Assembly (NCBI GenBank): GCA_039680575.1
Contig: JBDKSP010000020.1
Span: forward strand, 1 to 64,000
Length of the DNA stretch: 64,000 bases
Source of the DNA: Armatimonadota bacterium
GTDB lineage: Bacteria; Armatimonadota; UBA5829; DTLH01
Direction of reading: 5' to 3'
This document shows positions 43,542 through 52,456 of this stretch, piece after piece (the first letter of the stretch is position 1; every line of letters begins with the position of its first letter). The translations under genes were made by a program, and so were the position numbers. A model generated the notes under the pieces. That model saw only the letters and a program-made list of their open reading frames with translations, was not told the DNA's origin and did not search any database.

Positions 43542-44174
43542 TTATTTATCTGGATTTTGAATTACAGTTTGAAACTGGTCGACCGAAAACCCACTGGAGT
43601 GAACGTGAAATCCCTCCACGGGACCACTTGCGTCAAATTCAAAGCTGCCTGGCCTGAAGCCGTAGATATCGCGTATAATCCTCTGTTTTTCTGTATACTC
43701 CCTGTCGAAGAGTGTAAGAGTGACATCAGCATTGGCTGCCGGTAGAGGGCTGCGCGCCCCACCGCAATCATTGTAAGCAAAGAAAAGCAACTCACCTGTT
43801 ATGTCGCCCGAACCGACCATCTCGCAGACCGCCCGATGGACCTGTTCGTGACGCATATGGCGTGTATATTCACCCGTTTTACCGTGAGTGAATATCAAAT
43901 CCGGCTTATGTAGTGCAAGTGCTGAAACCCGTCTCTTGATCTCGTTAAGATCAGGGGAAAGCGGCACAAGTATAGGGCTGCTATCGTCCAGATCAGAGAT
44001 AAGCGCAGTTGCTCCAATCGTTCTAGCTGAAAGCTGAAAACGCGGCGCTCGATCATCATCATCGGCCCGGCAAAGACTGACTATATGCCAATCCCATTGG
44101 GGATGCCTTAAAAACACACCCCCCATCCAAATTATCTCATCATCGGGATGGGCTACTACAACCAAGCACTTCAC
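43542..44174 (-). CDS. PIG-L / LmbE family deacetylase
   Basis: VAHPDDE and HMRH motifs; GTG start after GAGGAG. Confidence 0.85.
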   Translation of the reverse strand: MKCLVVVAHPDDEIIWMGGVFLRHPQWDWHIVSLCRADDDDRAPRFQLSARTIGATALISDLDDSSPILVPLSPDLNEIKRRVSALALHKPDLIFTHGKTGEYTRHMRHEQVHRAVCEMVGSGDITGELLFFAYNDCGGARSPLPAANADVTLTLFDREYTEKQRIIRDIYGFRPGSFEFDASGPVEGFHVHSSGFSVDQFQTVIQNPDK

Positions 44175-44527
44175 ATGTCGCTCCTCACTTGCCGCAGCTC
44201 CGCAGCCCAGCAAGCTAAAAAGATTCTACCCATATTCAATAAACGTTATATATCAAATCCATGTAGCTTTGCTGCTGGGTTTCTTCATGATACGAAAAAC
44301 CGGATCTTTTCGATCGGATCTATCGGCTTGATCTACATAACCGCCTGGTAAATATACTAGAGTTTTAGTATATGCCCACATCCGGGTAAATATGTCCAGC
44401 CATGGATACTCACAGAACGCCGAGGCCAATATTACTAACCCATCGCACCTCCTACGAGGAAACCATGCGATGGCAGACGGGAGTGCCCCATGAATATCAG
44501 GCCATTATTAGTTAATCAACACCTGAC

Positions 44528-44908
44528 TTGAACAGCGTGCTGCGTGGTACGCTCGAAAACCAGCATTCGCGCAGGCTCCTGCTAAGGCTGATAAAACATC
44601 AGCTCAGCAGGGAGAGTGAGACTTACCGTCCCGATGACATGCCTGTACAAGCCAAGATCGACAGGCTGGACTGCCTTTCGGGACTGCTCGATGAGTTCGC
44701 TGCCAGACTCGCGGAAGCAGGTAATATCACTCCGGCCATTTCAGTTGAAGGATTCGAGACAGAGACCGATACAAGACGTGGAGAAGGGGTCCATGGGAGA
44801 ATAATGAAAGCGTTCGATGCGCTCAGAAGACACGGCGTGCCCTTTGGCGTCTCCGCCACAGCCACCAGGCACAACTGGGATGGAAGCTCTATCGAGTCCT
44901 GTGGTTAG
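44528..44908 (+). pseudogene. radical SAM gene remnant
   Basis: ISVEGFETETDTRRGEGVH…MKAFDALRRHGVPFGVSAT resembles the middle of a radical-SAM barrel, but there is no CxxxCxxC and the ORF is truncated. Confidence 0.55.
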
Positions 44909-45681
44909 CGCTTCGGCTTGCACGCGAGAAGCGCAGCTCCAAGAGCGCCGGTCATCTGCGGGTTGGGCGCTGTTTCAACCCGATGTCCCAATACCCGTTC
45001 CAGCGCTTTGTCCATTCCGGGGACAAGCGCGACCCCGCCGGTGAATACAACCGGGGGAATAACTGATTTACCAGCCATTGATGTAATTCTTGTCGCGATG
45101 GAGTTCTGGACACCAGCGACTATATCTTCCGGCGGCGTCCCCGACGCTAAAAGCCCGATAATCTCCGTTTCCGCGAAGACTATGCACATGCTGCTGATCG
45201 CTGCTGGTGTTACACTCCTCGATGCAAGCTCTCCGAGTTCAGCCAGTCCCACGCTCAAACGGTCTGCGACGACTTCGAGAAACCGGCCTGTGCCTGCGGC
45301 GCACCTGTCATTCATCATAAAGTCCTGAACGGAGCCGCCGGGGCCGAGCTTAAGGAGCTTGCTGTCCTGCCCGCCGATTTCCACTACTGTGCGTGCTTCA
45401 GGAACCACGTGGTGCACGCCGCGGGCATGGCAGGTGATCTCTGTGATCGTCGCATCGGCAATGCTGATGGTGTTTCGCCCATAGCCGGTCGCTACGATCT
45501 TTTGGACATCCTCGGAGTTGTGACTACTGTCCTTCAGGAGTTGCTCGAAAAGCTCCATTGCCAGATCATTGCTCTTTACACCCTGTCCAACCGTTCCTGA
45601 TGTGATGACCTCGTGTGTCATGGTATCCATCAGGACTATTTTTATCGCTCTTGATCCGGCATCTATTCCAACCCCGATCAT
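44905..45681 (-). CDS. ATP-dependent activator of 2-hydroxyacyl-CoA dehydratase / double-cubane protein (HgdC/BcrAD-type ASKHA ATPase)
   Basis: GIDAGSRAIK, ATGYGR, EITCHARG, EIGGQDSK, MNDRCAAGTGRF, SSMCIVFAE. Confidence 0.93.
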   Translation of the reverse strand: MIGVGIDAGSRAIKIVLMDTMTHEVITSGTVGQGVKSNDLAMELFEQLLKDSSHNSEDVQKIVATGYGRNTISIADATITEITCHARGVHHVVPEARTVVEIGGQDSKLLKLGPGGSVQDFMMNDRCAAGTGRFLEVVADRLSVGLAELGELASRSVTPAAISSMCIVFAETEIIGLLASGTPPEDIVAGVQNSIATRITSMAGKSVIPPVVFTGGVALVPGMDKALERVLGHRVETAPNPQMTGALGAALLACKPKR

Positions 45682-47048
45682 TACTTCCTCCACTCTCTTG
45701 CGGTTTCTATCAGTGCTTCTATTCTAGTCATTATCGTCGGCTGCATCGAATCTGTAAGCGGCGGCACTTCTATCTCCACCACCGGCAGGTTCAATTCAGC
45801 CTTAACGGCTCTCCCGATGACTGCGCCTTCTGTAGCGCAGTGGCTCGCTCCCGGTATCTTCGAGATCAGGACCGCTTCCGACCCGAATGCTTCGATATCT
45901 CTCATGATACGCTCTGCCCTGTCATGAGAACTCCCGACCATCGGGTCAGCGAGCGCCATCCTGGCGAGAGCCTCCATCGGATGCAAATCTTCCGGTATCT
46001 CATCCAGCGCATGCGCGAAAAGGTAGTCAGCCCCGCAAATACGGCCACCGCAGTCTTCCAACACATTCATTGCGCGCAAATCCGCGACGGGGTTTACCCA
46101 GAATATACGGACAGAATCCTCCGGCAGTATCCCAATGCCTGAGCTTATACGTTTTTGCGCTTCAGCGAGCATATCCTGAAGCACCGCGGCAGTCTCTTCA
46201 CGGTCGGAGCAGAAATGGATAGCGAACATCTCGGCAATCTGCATTTCAAGCGCAGGTATCGGACTCGATTTTGCGGTAAAGACAGCTAATCGCAGCTCAG
46301 AAAGAGTCTTCCGCGCCTTATTTGCGGCTCGGATCCCGTCCTTCAGCATATCATCACTCAGTTTATATCCTGAAAGCTCTTCAAGCGCAGTCTTGACCCG
46401 CTCCAGCTCGGATTTTACGAACGCAACCTGATCGACTGTGGCGTAAAACCCGCCCGGAAGCCTGATTACCTTTTCATTCGGACCTGGTTTCCGTCTTGCG
46501 GGCATTTCCCACCAGTTGATCGGATACCCAAGCCCTTCTACCCGCTGTGCAATGGATGAGAAATCATCACAAGTCGCCCCAACGCTGCATGTGAGCATAT
46601 CGGGAATCGGAAAATGCGCTTCGGTGACGAATGCTCCGAGCATCGCTCTCACAGGGCAGAATGATTCATCCAGCCCGTATGATGCGGCAAGGCCAAACAG
46701 ACCCTCGCTCATTTCCATAATGCATGGAGTCCACCAGGCGCCGTCCGGGTAAAATGCTACCACATTCGGCAGAGAATATGCCATCACCGGGACTGTCCCG
46801 AGGTCTTTCATGACTCCGACCAGCTTTTTACCGTTGCTTCGGGCTTCACGCAGCCGGTCTTCTTCGGTCAAAAGGAAGTTCCAGAGCCGGAGCGCGGCTG
46901 CGGAATCATCATACCTGAGCTTGAGCAGCCTGAGGTCTCCATCCTCAACATGCCTTCTGAGCGGGCCGCCATACCAGGGCTCTTTCAGACCTGCTTCTTT
47001 CAGCTCGATATAATGCCTGTCCCAGTCGCTCAAGGTAATTCCGCTCAT
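45681..47048 (-). CDS. divergent 2-hydroxyacyl-CoA dehydratase (HgdAB/FldBC) family Fe-S protein
   Basis: FCPVRAM, ATCDD, ASHC, TRIEALIE; overlaps both neighbours (ATGA, TAATG). Confidence 0.75.
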   Translation of the reverse strand: MSGITLSDWDRHYIELKEAGLKEPWYGGPLRRHVEDGDLRLLKLRYDDSAAALRLWNFLLTEEDRLREARSNGKKLVGVMKDLGTVPVMAYSLPNVVAFYPDGAWWTPCIMEMSEGLFGLAASYGLDESFCPVRAMLGAFVTEAHFPIPDMLTCSVGATCDDFSSIAQRVEGLGYPINWWEMPARRKPGPNEKVIRLPGGFYATVDQVAFVKSELERVKTALEELSGYKLSDDMLKDGIRAANKARKTLSELRLAVFTAKSSPIPALEMQIAEMFAIHFCSDREETAAVLQDMLAEAQKRISSGIGILPEDSVRIFWVNPVADLRAMNVLEDCGGRICGADYLFAHALDEIPEDLHPMEALARMALADPMVGSSHDRAERIMRDIEAFGSEAVLISKIPGASHCATEGAVIGRAVKAELNLPVVEIEVPPLTDSMQPTIMTRIEALIETAREWRK

Positions 47049-48010
47049 TTGATCGACTCCATAAAAGCCTGAATCCTCGATGATGTACGGACATCAACGG
47101 TCCCGTCGTCATTCGCATCGATCTGAGTAAACGGCAGGCCGGACCATTCCTTCAGCCGGTAAGCCTCGGCGTTCCAGTTGTCACACCAGAGGTAACGGCG
47201 AAGTATGATGCCGCGCACCCCGCGTTCAGTAAGTTTTAGCTTAAGCCACTTGAACAACTCGTTGTTCGGCCTTCTGAACGCATCGTAAATTGTGTTGAAA
47301 TAGGAATCAATAAGCGCTGACACAGGGTTTTCTTTAAGCAGCCTTCGGTCAAACGGCGCCGGAAGTGTCCTCTCACCCGTTTCGGTAGCATCCAGCGAGA
47401 CATATCCTCCGGCACTCTCGATGAAATCGTATATGTCGCACTGATTAGCTGGAATCGGCCCGCCGACAAGAGCAACCGGAACACCTGAAGGCGTGTATTT
47501 TGTATCCTGAATAGCCTGGTCGAATTTACCGGTTCTATTGAATTCCGATAAACGAAGAGCCCAATCACGGGGCGAAAGGCTTCCCTGAAGGTCACGAAGC
47601 GCAGCTCTGTTGTCGTTGTATTCGATCATCGTCTGTCTGAGTATATCTGGGGTGGGAGTGTTGCCTCCAAGCTCGATCAGAAAATCACCCAGCCGCTTCA
47701 GCTCAGAAATGTACAGCCGCTGCGCCTCGACTGTCTGCCAGGTGTGCGGGACGTGCATCAAAAACGCCGACAGATCTGTGTTTTCAGTGATGACATCGTA
47801 AATGCGTCTCATCTGGTCGCAGGCAGTTGTCACTATGACCCCGGCAGCGGTTTTCTCTTCGATGGCAGCACCTGCAAATGAGCAGGCGTAAGGACACACA
47901 CCAGGTCCCAGCTTGAGAGTCGAGCTGCCCGCCGATATTCTCGATGGTAATAGCCCATGCGCCGCAATCCATTCAGCCGGGATGAACGGACAACTGTAGA
48001 TGATCTTCAC
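47045..48010 (-). CDS. 2-hydroxyacyl-CoA dehydratase family subunit
   Basis: PAEWIAAHG, VCPYA, TACDQMRR, WCD, RIQAFME. Confidence 0.8.
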   Translation of the reverse strand: MKIIYSCPFIPAEWIAAHGLLPSRISAGSSTLKLGPGVCPYACSFAGAAIEEKTAAGVIVTTACDQMRRIYDVITENTDLSAFLMHVPHTWQTVEAQRLYISELKRLGDFLIELGGNTPTPDILRQTMIEYNDNRAALRDLQGSLSPRDWALRLSEFNRTGKFDQAIQDTKYTPSGVPVALVGGPIPANQCDIYDFIESAGGYVSLDATETGERTLPAPFDRRLLKENPVSALIDSYFNTIYDAFRRPNNELFKWLKLKLTERGVRGIILRRYLWCDNWNAEAYRLKEWSGLPFTQIDANDDGTVDVRTSSRIQAFMESIK

Positions 48011-48013
48011 GCT

Positions 48014-49270
48014 TCAGTCTCCACTGCAACCAAGCGCATTACACGCGCTTTTGACGGTCTCGAAAAGCGCTTCGACTCTTACGGCGATCCGCGCGGAGTC
48101 CGAAGGCGAATAGTCCGTCTCGATCCTTAGAAACGGGAGATGCAGCTCGTTTTCAGCAAGCTGCTTTACCCGGTATGATTCTATGCTGTAAGTAATACAT
48201 GCCTGCCATGCGAGGTCTATAATGCACTCAGCGCGGTACTGCCTCGCGAGGTCGCGGACTATATCGATCCTGCGGTTGTTTTTCGTCATCACCGAGCAAT
48301 GCAGGTTGAAATATTTTGCAGCGAGCGCGCGAACCGGGTCGTCTGCAGTAGGGTCGACATTCTCCAGGATCGGCTTCAAACCCGTGCAGTTCTCGGCGCA
48401 AACGATCAGCCCGCCGTGGTCCTCGATAATATCGACGACCCTCTCAGCCCCGTGGACCACCGGAACGCCGGTCAGAAGGACTCTTACCCTCGACGACCTG
48501 TCGCCGTTTCCTGATTGACCCTCATATAGCTTAATCGCCTTTTTATACTGCTCCAGATCGGCAGGTATTCCCGATATGGTGCTCTTCAGCTCAAGTAACT
48601 GCCGTCCGGTAATTGGAGGGCTGTCCTGCTCCATAAGCTCTGCGAGTCTGAGTCTGAGCGAGCGCTCGTGGTTCATCACTTTGATCGCTTCTCTGATCTT
48701 CTCATCTGTAATCTCTACATTGAACCGTTTTTCAAGCTCGGACTTAAGTTTTCTTAGCTCAAGCACCCAATGTTCGAATGCGTCGGCATCATCCTGCTTT
48801 TGAGGAAGCTCTATTATATATGTCGGCCTCGACTCAGCCATCAGTTCGAACATCTTCTTTTTGCCGTCGCAGGTGGTCTCAGCGATGATAAGGTCAGACA
48901 TCTCAAGAAACGGATTGGAACCAAGCGCGTGGTAACCGAATGTCGACTTGATGAGCGGACACAGGTTCGATGGCAAAACTTCTTCAGCAGCCGGAATAGT
49001 CTTGGCAGAGCCGCCGCAGAGACAGGCTGGTACGCCTCCCGCCGCCATTATCAGCTCTCTGGGGGCATACTCGCACATAATCCCGACAACCGGCCTGCCC
49101 TCGGACTTTGCCTTTTCAGCGTAATTCAGGCAGTTATCGATCATGTTATCGAACCACTTGAGTGGAGCTGTAGGACCATGCCCGGTGGAGCAGGAGACAG
49201 CGCTTGGTGGGCAGCATGGGTCGCAGTTCTCTCTAGTAACTTGCTTATTGTTACCACAGCATTTGCTCAT
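48014..49270 (-). CDS. 2-hydroxyacyl-CoA dehydratase family / double-cubane-cluster-like reductase with Cys-rich N-terminus
   Basis: GIMCEYAPRELIMAAG, LPSNLCPLIKS, ETTCDGKKK, ENCTG, ETDYS…RVEALFE. Confidence 0.85.
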   Translation of the reverse strand: MSKCCGNNKQVTRENCDPCCPPSAVSCSTGHGPTAPLKWFDNMIDNCLNYAEKAKSEGRPVVGIMCEYAPRELIMAAGGVPACLCGGSAKTIPAAEEVLPSNLCPLIKSTFGYHALGSNPFLEMSDLIIAETTCDGKKKMFELMAESRPTYIIELPQKQDDADAFEHWVLELRKLKSELEKRFNVEITDEKIREAIKVMNHERSLRLRLAELMEQDSPPITGRQLLELKSTISGIPADLEQYKKAIKLYEGQSGNGDRSSRVRVLLTGVPVVHGAERVVDIIEDHGGLIVCAENCTGLKPILENVDPTADDPVRALAAKYFNLHCSVMTKNNRRIDIVRDLARQYRAECIIDLAWQACITYSIESYRVKQLAENELHLPFLRIETDYSPSDSARIAVRVEALFETVKSACNALGCSGD

Positions 49271-49282
49271 CTTGCTTAATTC

Positions 49283-50089
49283 CTAGTCTTTCTTGCGTGC
49301 AACGAATAACCCTTGAATGATTTTACCGGCATGTGCGAGCTCTTGAATGAACATCATCTCTCCTGCCAGCGCCTTAAAGAGCTCGGTATCATAACCGATG
49401 ATCCTCAGCGCGTCGGAAGTGAGCTGCATATCGAGCATAGCGAGGTAGAGGTCTATGCACGGAGCATATCTTCCGGTATCCTCGCAAACCTGCACATCGC
49501 AGCCGTTTGCCGTGAGTAAATCACAGTAGCCGTTTGTGTCCTGCAGGTTCGGGAACTTCATGAACCACATAAAACGGTCGGCTTCGTCTTTTGTAAGGCC
49601 GGACGGACCTTCGATCCAGTCGGTGAAAGCAATCGTCCCGCCCGGCTTTACCAAACGCGCCGCTTCGGCTATCAACTGCGGCTTGTCTTCGACATAGCAC
49701 CAGGCGTCCTCACCCCAGATGAAGTCGGCTATGGAATCTGGGATCCCGCTGTTGCAGACATCAGCGAGTGTAAATGTAGCTCTATTTGAAAAACCTTCTT
49801 CTCTGCATCGACACTGCGCGCGGTTCATTACTTCCTCTGTAGCATCGACTCCGTGCATGTGCTTTACATCCTGGAACCTCAGAAGAAACCTCATTCCGGC
49901 TCCATTGCAGCAGCAGAGATCGAGCCCGAAGCCTTTTCCAGCTACTTTGGCCTTCTCTGCAAGGTCCATGGACGATTTGAACCCGCCTATGTGGATCTGA
50001 TGCCCCATAATCAGTTCCCACAGGTCGCCTACCGGACCGCTGTATACAGACTGAACGTCACATAAACCAATGCCTTGAGTGTCTTTCAT
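49283..50089 (-). CDS. class I SAM-dependent methyltransferase
   Basis: Motif I LDLCCCNGAG, GVD, RLVKPGGTIAFTDW. Confidence 0.88.
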   Translation of the reverse strand: MKDTQGIGLCDVQSVYSGPVGDLWELIMGHQIHIGGFKSSMDLAEKAKVAGKGFGLDLCCCNGAGMRFLLRFQDVKHMHGVDATEEVMNRAQCRCREEGFSNRATFTLADVCNSGIPDSIADFIWGEDAWCYVEDKPQLIAEAARLVKPGGTIAFTDWIEGPSGLTKDEADRFMWFMKFPNLQDTNGYCDLLTANGCDVQVCEDTGRYAPCIDLYLAMLDMQLTSDALRIIGYDTELFKALAGEMMFIQELAHAGKIIQGLFVARKKD

Positions 50090-50164
50090 TGCCAGTTTCC
50101 TTTCCCCTAATATTTACCTAATGAGTTTCAGGTATCGCCTGAAACTCTCCCGGAAGATTTTCTG

Positions 50165-52099
50165 CTATCGCCGAAAATCTATGAGAAGTCTTTTGTCACC
50201 ATCTCTTCTAGTGAGACAGGCGCTGTCGAAATATTCCAGAAGCGCGATTGCGTATTTCCGCGAAACCGAGAGAATGTCGCGCAGTTCGGCGGCAGTTATC
50301 CCGCCATTCGACTTGATGTATTCGACGACGGATATTTTGGCCTTCTCGAAGGTGTCTCTGTGATATGTGACCTTGTCGCTCAAGCGTATGAGCTGTCCCT
50401 GGTCGATAAGGCTTGTCATGATGTTCTTGAACACCTTTGGCGAAAGCCGCAGTTCATCCATCACATCGTCTTCGAGCGGAGTTGAGTAACCTGCCGAGAG
50501 AAATATAGACTCAATCCTCTCTGCAGCCTTCTGTTCCGCATCGGAGAGGCTCGACTCACGGTCTGCGAGTCCGAATTTATTGTCTCTTCTTACAAAAATC
50601 TTCTTCCTGTCAAGTTCCGAGGTGATTGCATCGAAGACCTGCCGGTCAGCGAGTTTCAGGAACCTGGATTGCAGGTCTGCAGCAGGCATCATTGTTTTGT
50701 AAGCGTCTTTCGAGTAATAGTCCTTGATAATATTGATCAGTTTTGCCGCAAGTTCATCGAACCTGTCTCTGTGAAGATACTTCTCTTGAGCGCCAGAAGT
50801 AACAGAGACGAGTTTTTCAACGCTGACAAGCGATTTTATGACGTCGCCAACCGCTGCCTCACGTTCACCAATGGAAAAAGCGATCTCTGAGGCATTCTTT
50901 GGCACGAACCTGGACTTAAAAAAGGCATGGTCGACTACATCGGAGATGCAACCTTCGAGTTTCTTCAGCCCCTTGATTGCCGCTTCATCGAAACGCTTAT
51001 GATGCATGGGCTGTGAGTCGAGGATTGTCCCTCCGCCGATGGTTTCCTGCGAAGAGAACGACCGTATGACAAACCTGTCTTTTGGCAGCGCGGCGGTCGG
51101 TGACTCCAGCACGAGCTGAGCATAGCCGGTTTCATCCGGTACAAGAGTTTCTGTGTCCAGAAGCACTGCCCGGCACATCACCTCGTCTGTCCCGACGTGC
51201 AGTCTGACACGTGTGCGGTTTTTCAGTTCGTCATTGTAGCTCTGAGATACGAAAAGCCGGACATCGAGAAGCGCAGTAGGGGAGAGCGAGCCGGGAGCGC
51301 AGGCGACCTGCCCTCGCCTTAGTTGATCCTTCTTCACATCCTGAAGGCTGATAGCCGTTCTTCTTCCGAGATACGACCTTTCCCTGCTCTCATTGTGGAT
51401 CTGTATTCCACGGACCCGTGCAGTTAGTCCATCCGGCATTATCTCCAGCTTGTCGCCGATATTTACTTCACCGGAGAGGACTGTTCCAGCGATGACTGCA
51501 CCGAAGCCCTGCAGCGCGAAAACACGGTCTACAGGCATTCTGAATATCCCGCTGTCCCGGCGTTTTTTGGTCTTCCCGGCGACGGAAATGAGCGCGGACC
51601 GCACTTCATCGACTCCCACTCCGGTAATTGCAGAAACAGGGATAATCGGCTGGCCTTCGAGGAATGTCCCAGCGACGAGGCTTTCTATTTCAGATTTGAC
51701 GAGGCGAATATGCTCATCATCCACGAGATCGGCCTTCGTAATTGCAATTATTCCGGTTTCGACTCCCAGAATTCGCAGAATATCGAAGTGTTCGCGCGTC
51801 TGGACATTGATTCCCTCATCAGCAGCGACTACCAGGAGCGCGGCGTTTATGTTGCTCGCACCCGCGACCATTGTCTTGATGAGCTTTTCATGCCCGGGGA
51901 CATCTATAAAGACGATCTGCCGGTCGAACCCAGGTGTTTGCATGAAGGCAAAGCCGAGCTCGATTGTGATTCCACGCTTTTTCTCTTCTGTAAGCGTATC
52001 ACAATCGATTCCCGTGAGAGCCCTGACCAAAGCTGTCTTCCCGTGGTCTATATGCCCGGCAGTCCCGATTATTGTTTGTTCAATCTCATCTGATTTCAT
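50165..52099 (-). CDS. selB: selenocysteine-specific elongation factor
   Basis: GTAGHIDHGKT, RGITIELGF, DVPGHE, TKAD; C-terminal winged helix SRKYAIALLEYFD. Confidence 0.97.
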   Translation of the reverse strand: MKSDEIEQTIIGTAGHIDHGKTALVRALTGIDCDTLTEEKKRGITIELGFAFMQTPGFDRQIVFIDVPGHEKLIKTMVAGASNINAALLVVAADEGINVQTREHFDILRILGVETGIIAITKADLVDDEHIRLVKSEIESLVAGTFLEGQPIIPVSAITGVGVDEVRSALISVAGKTKKRRDSGIFRMPVDRVFALQGFGAVIAGTVLSGEVNIGDKLEIMPDGLTARVRGIQIHNESRERSYLGRRTAISLQDVKKDQLRRGQVACAPGSLSPTALLDVRLFVSQSYNDELKNRTRVRLHVGTDEVMCRAVLLDTETLVPDETGYAQLVLESPTAALPKDRFVIRSFSSQETIGGGTILDSQPMHHKRFDEAAIKGLKKLEGCISDVVDHAFFKSRFVPKNASEIAFSIGEREAAVGDVIKSLVSVEKLVSVTSGAQEKYLHRDRFDELAAKLINIIKDYYSKDAYKTMMPAADLQSRFLKLADRQVFDAITSELDRKKIFVRRDNKFGLADRESSLSDAEQKAAERIESIFLSAGYSTPLEDDVMDELRLSPKVFKNIMTSLIDQGQLIRLSDKVTYHRDTFEKAKISVVEYIKSNGGITAAELRDILSVSRKYAIALLEYFDSACLTRRDGDKRLLIDFRR

Positions 52100-52156
52100 G
52101 TTTTTATCTATCACGAAAGCACGAAAGGGAGAAAGGAAGAAAGAACCAGTGGATGT

Positions 52157-52415
52157 CGTGCTTCGGGATGTTATCACGAAGCATATGAGATTCCTCCTAC
52201 CCTATCCCTCGGGCAGTATTTGAAATACTGCCCGGGCTGGCCAAAGAGGGATCTGTGATCCCGATCAATCAACTATAATCAATCTCCCGACATCAGAGAT
52301 GCCTCGTTTGCCTTTCCGGGAGGAATTGCAAATCCCTCCCGAGTTGGTTGCAGACCGGCCACTACTTCTATTTCCTGATTTCTTATGCTTCGAGATTTTT
52401 TCATCCCGAAGCACG
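52157..52415. repeat. composite repeat: family B palindrome, three-hairpin element (52208-52343), family B palindrome
   Basis: Reverse complement is homologous to 62604-62844. Confidence 0.85.
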
Positions 52416-52456
52416 AGTCTCCACCAAACCCGTTCCTAAATCCTGAATCCTAACTC

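Noticed and set aside
52100..52177. N-terminal extension of SelB in the ORF track
   Set aside because: Overlaps repeat sequence; ATG 52099 gives a normal SelB N-terminus.
52208..52235. Hairpin with a TTTCAAA loop (UCA anticodon-like) between selD and selB, suggesting tRNA-Sec
   Set aside because: No acceptor, D or T arms and no CCA; it is part of the repeat whose second copy has TTGCAAA. I found no selC in this window.
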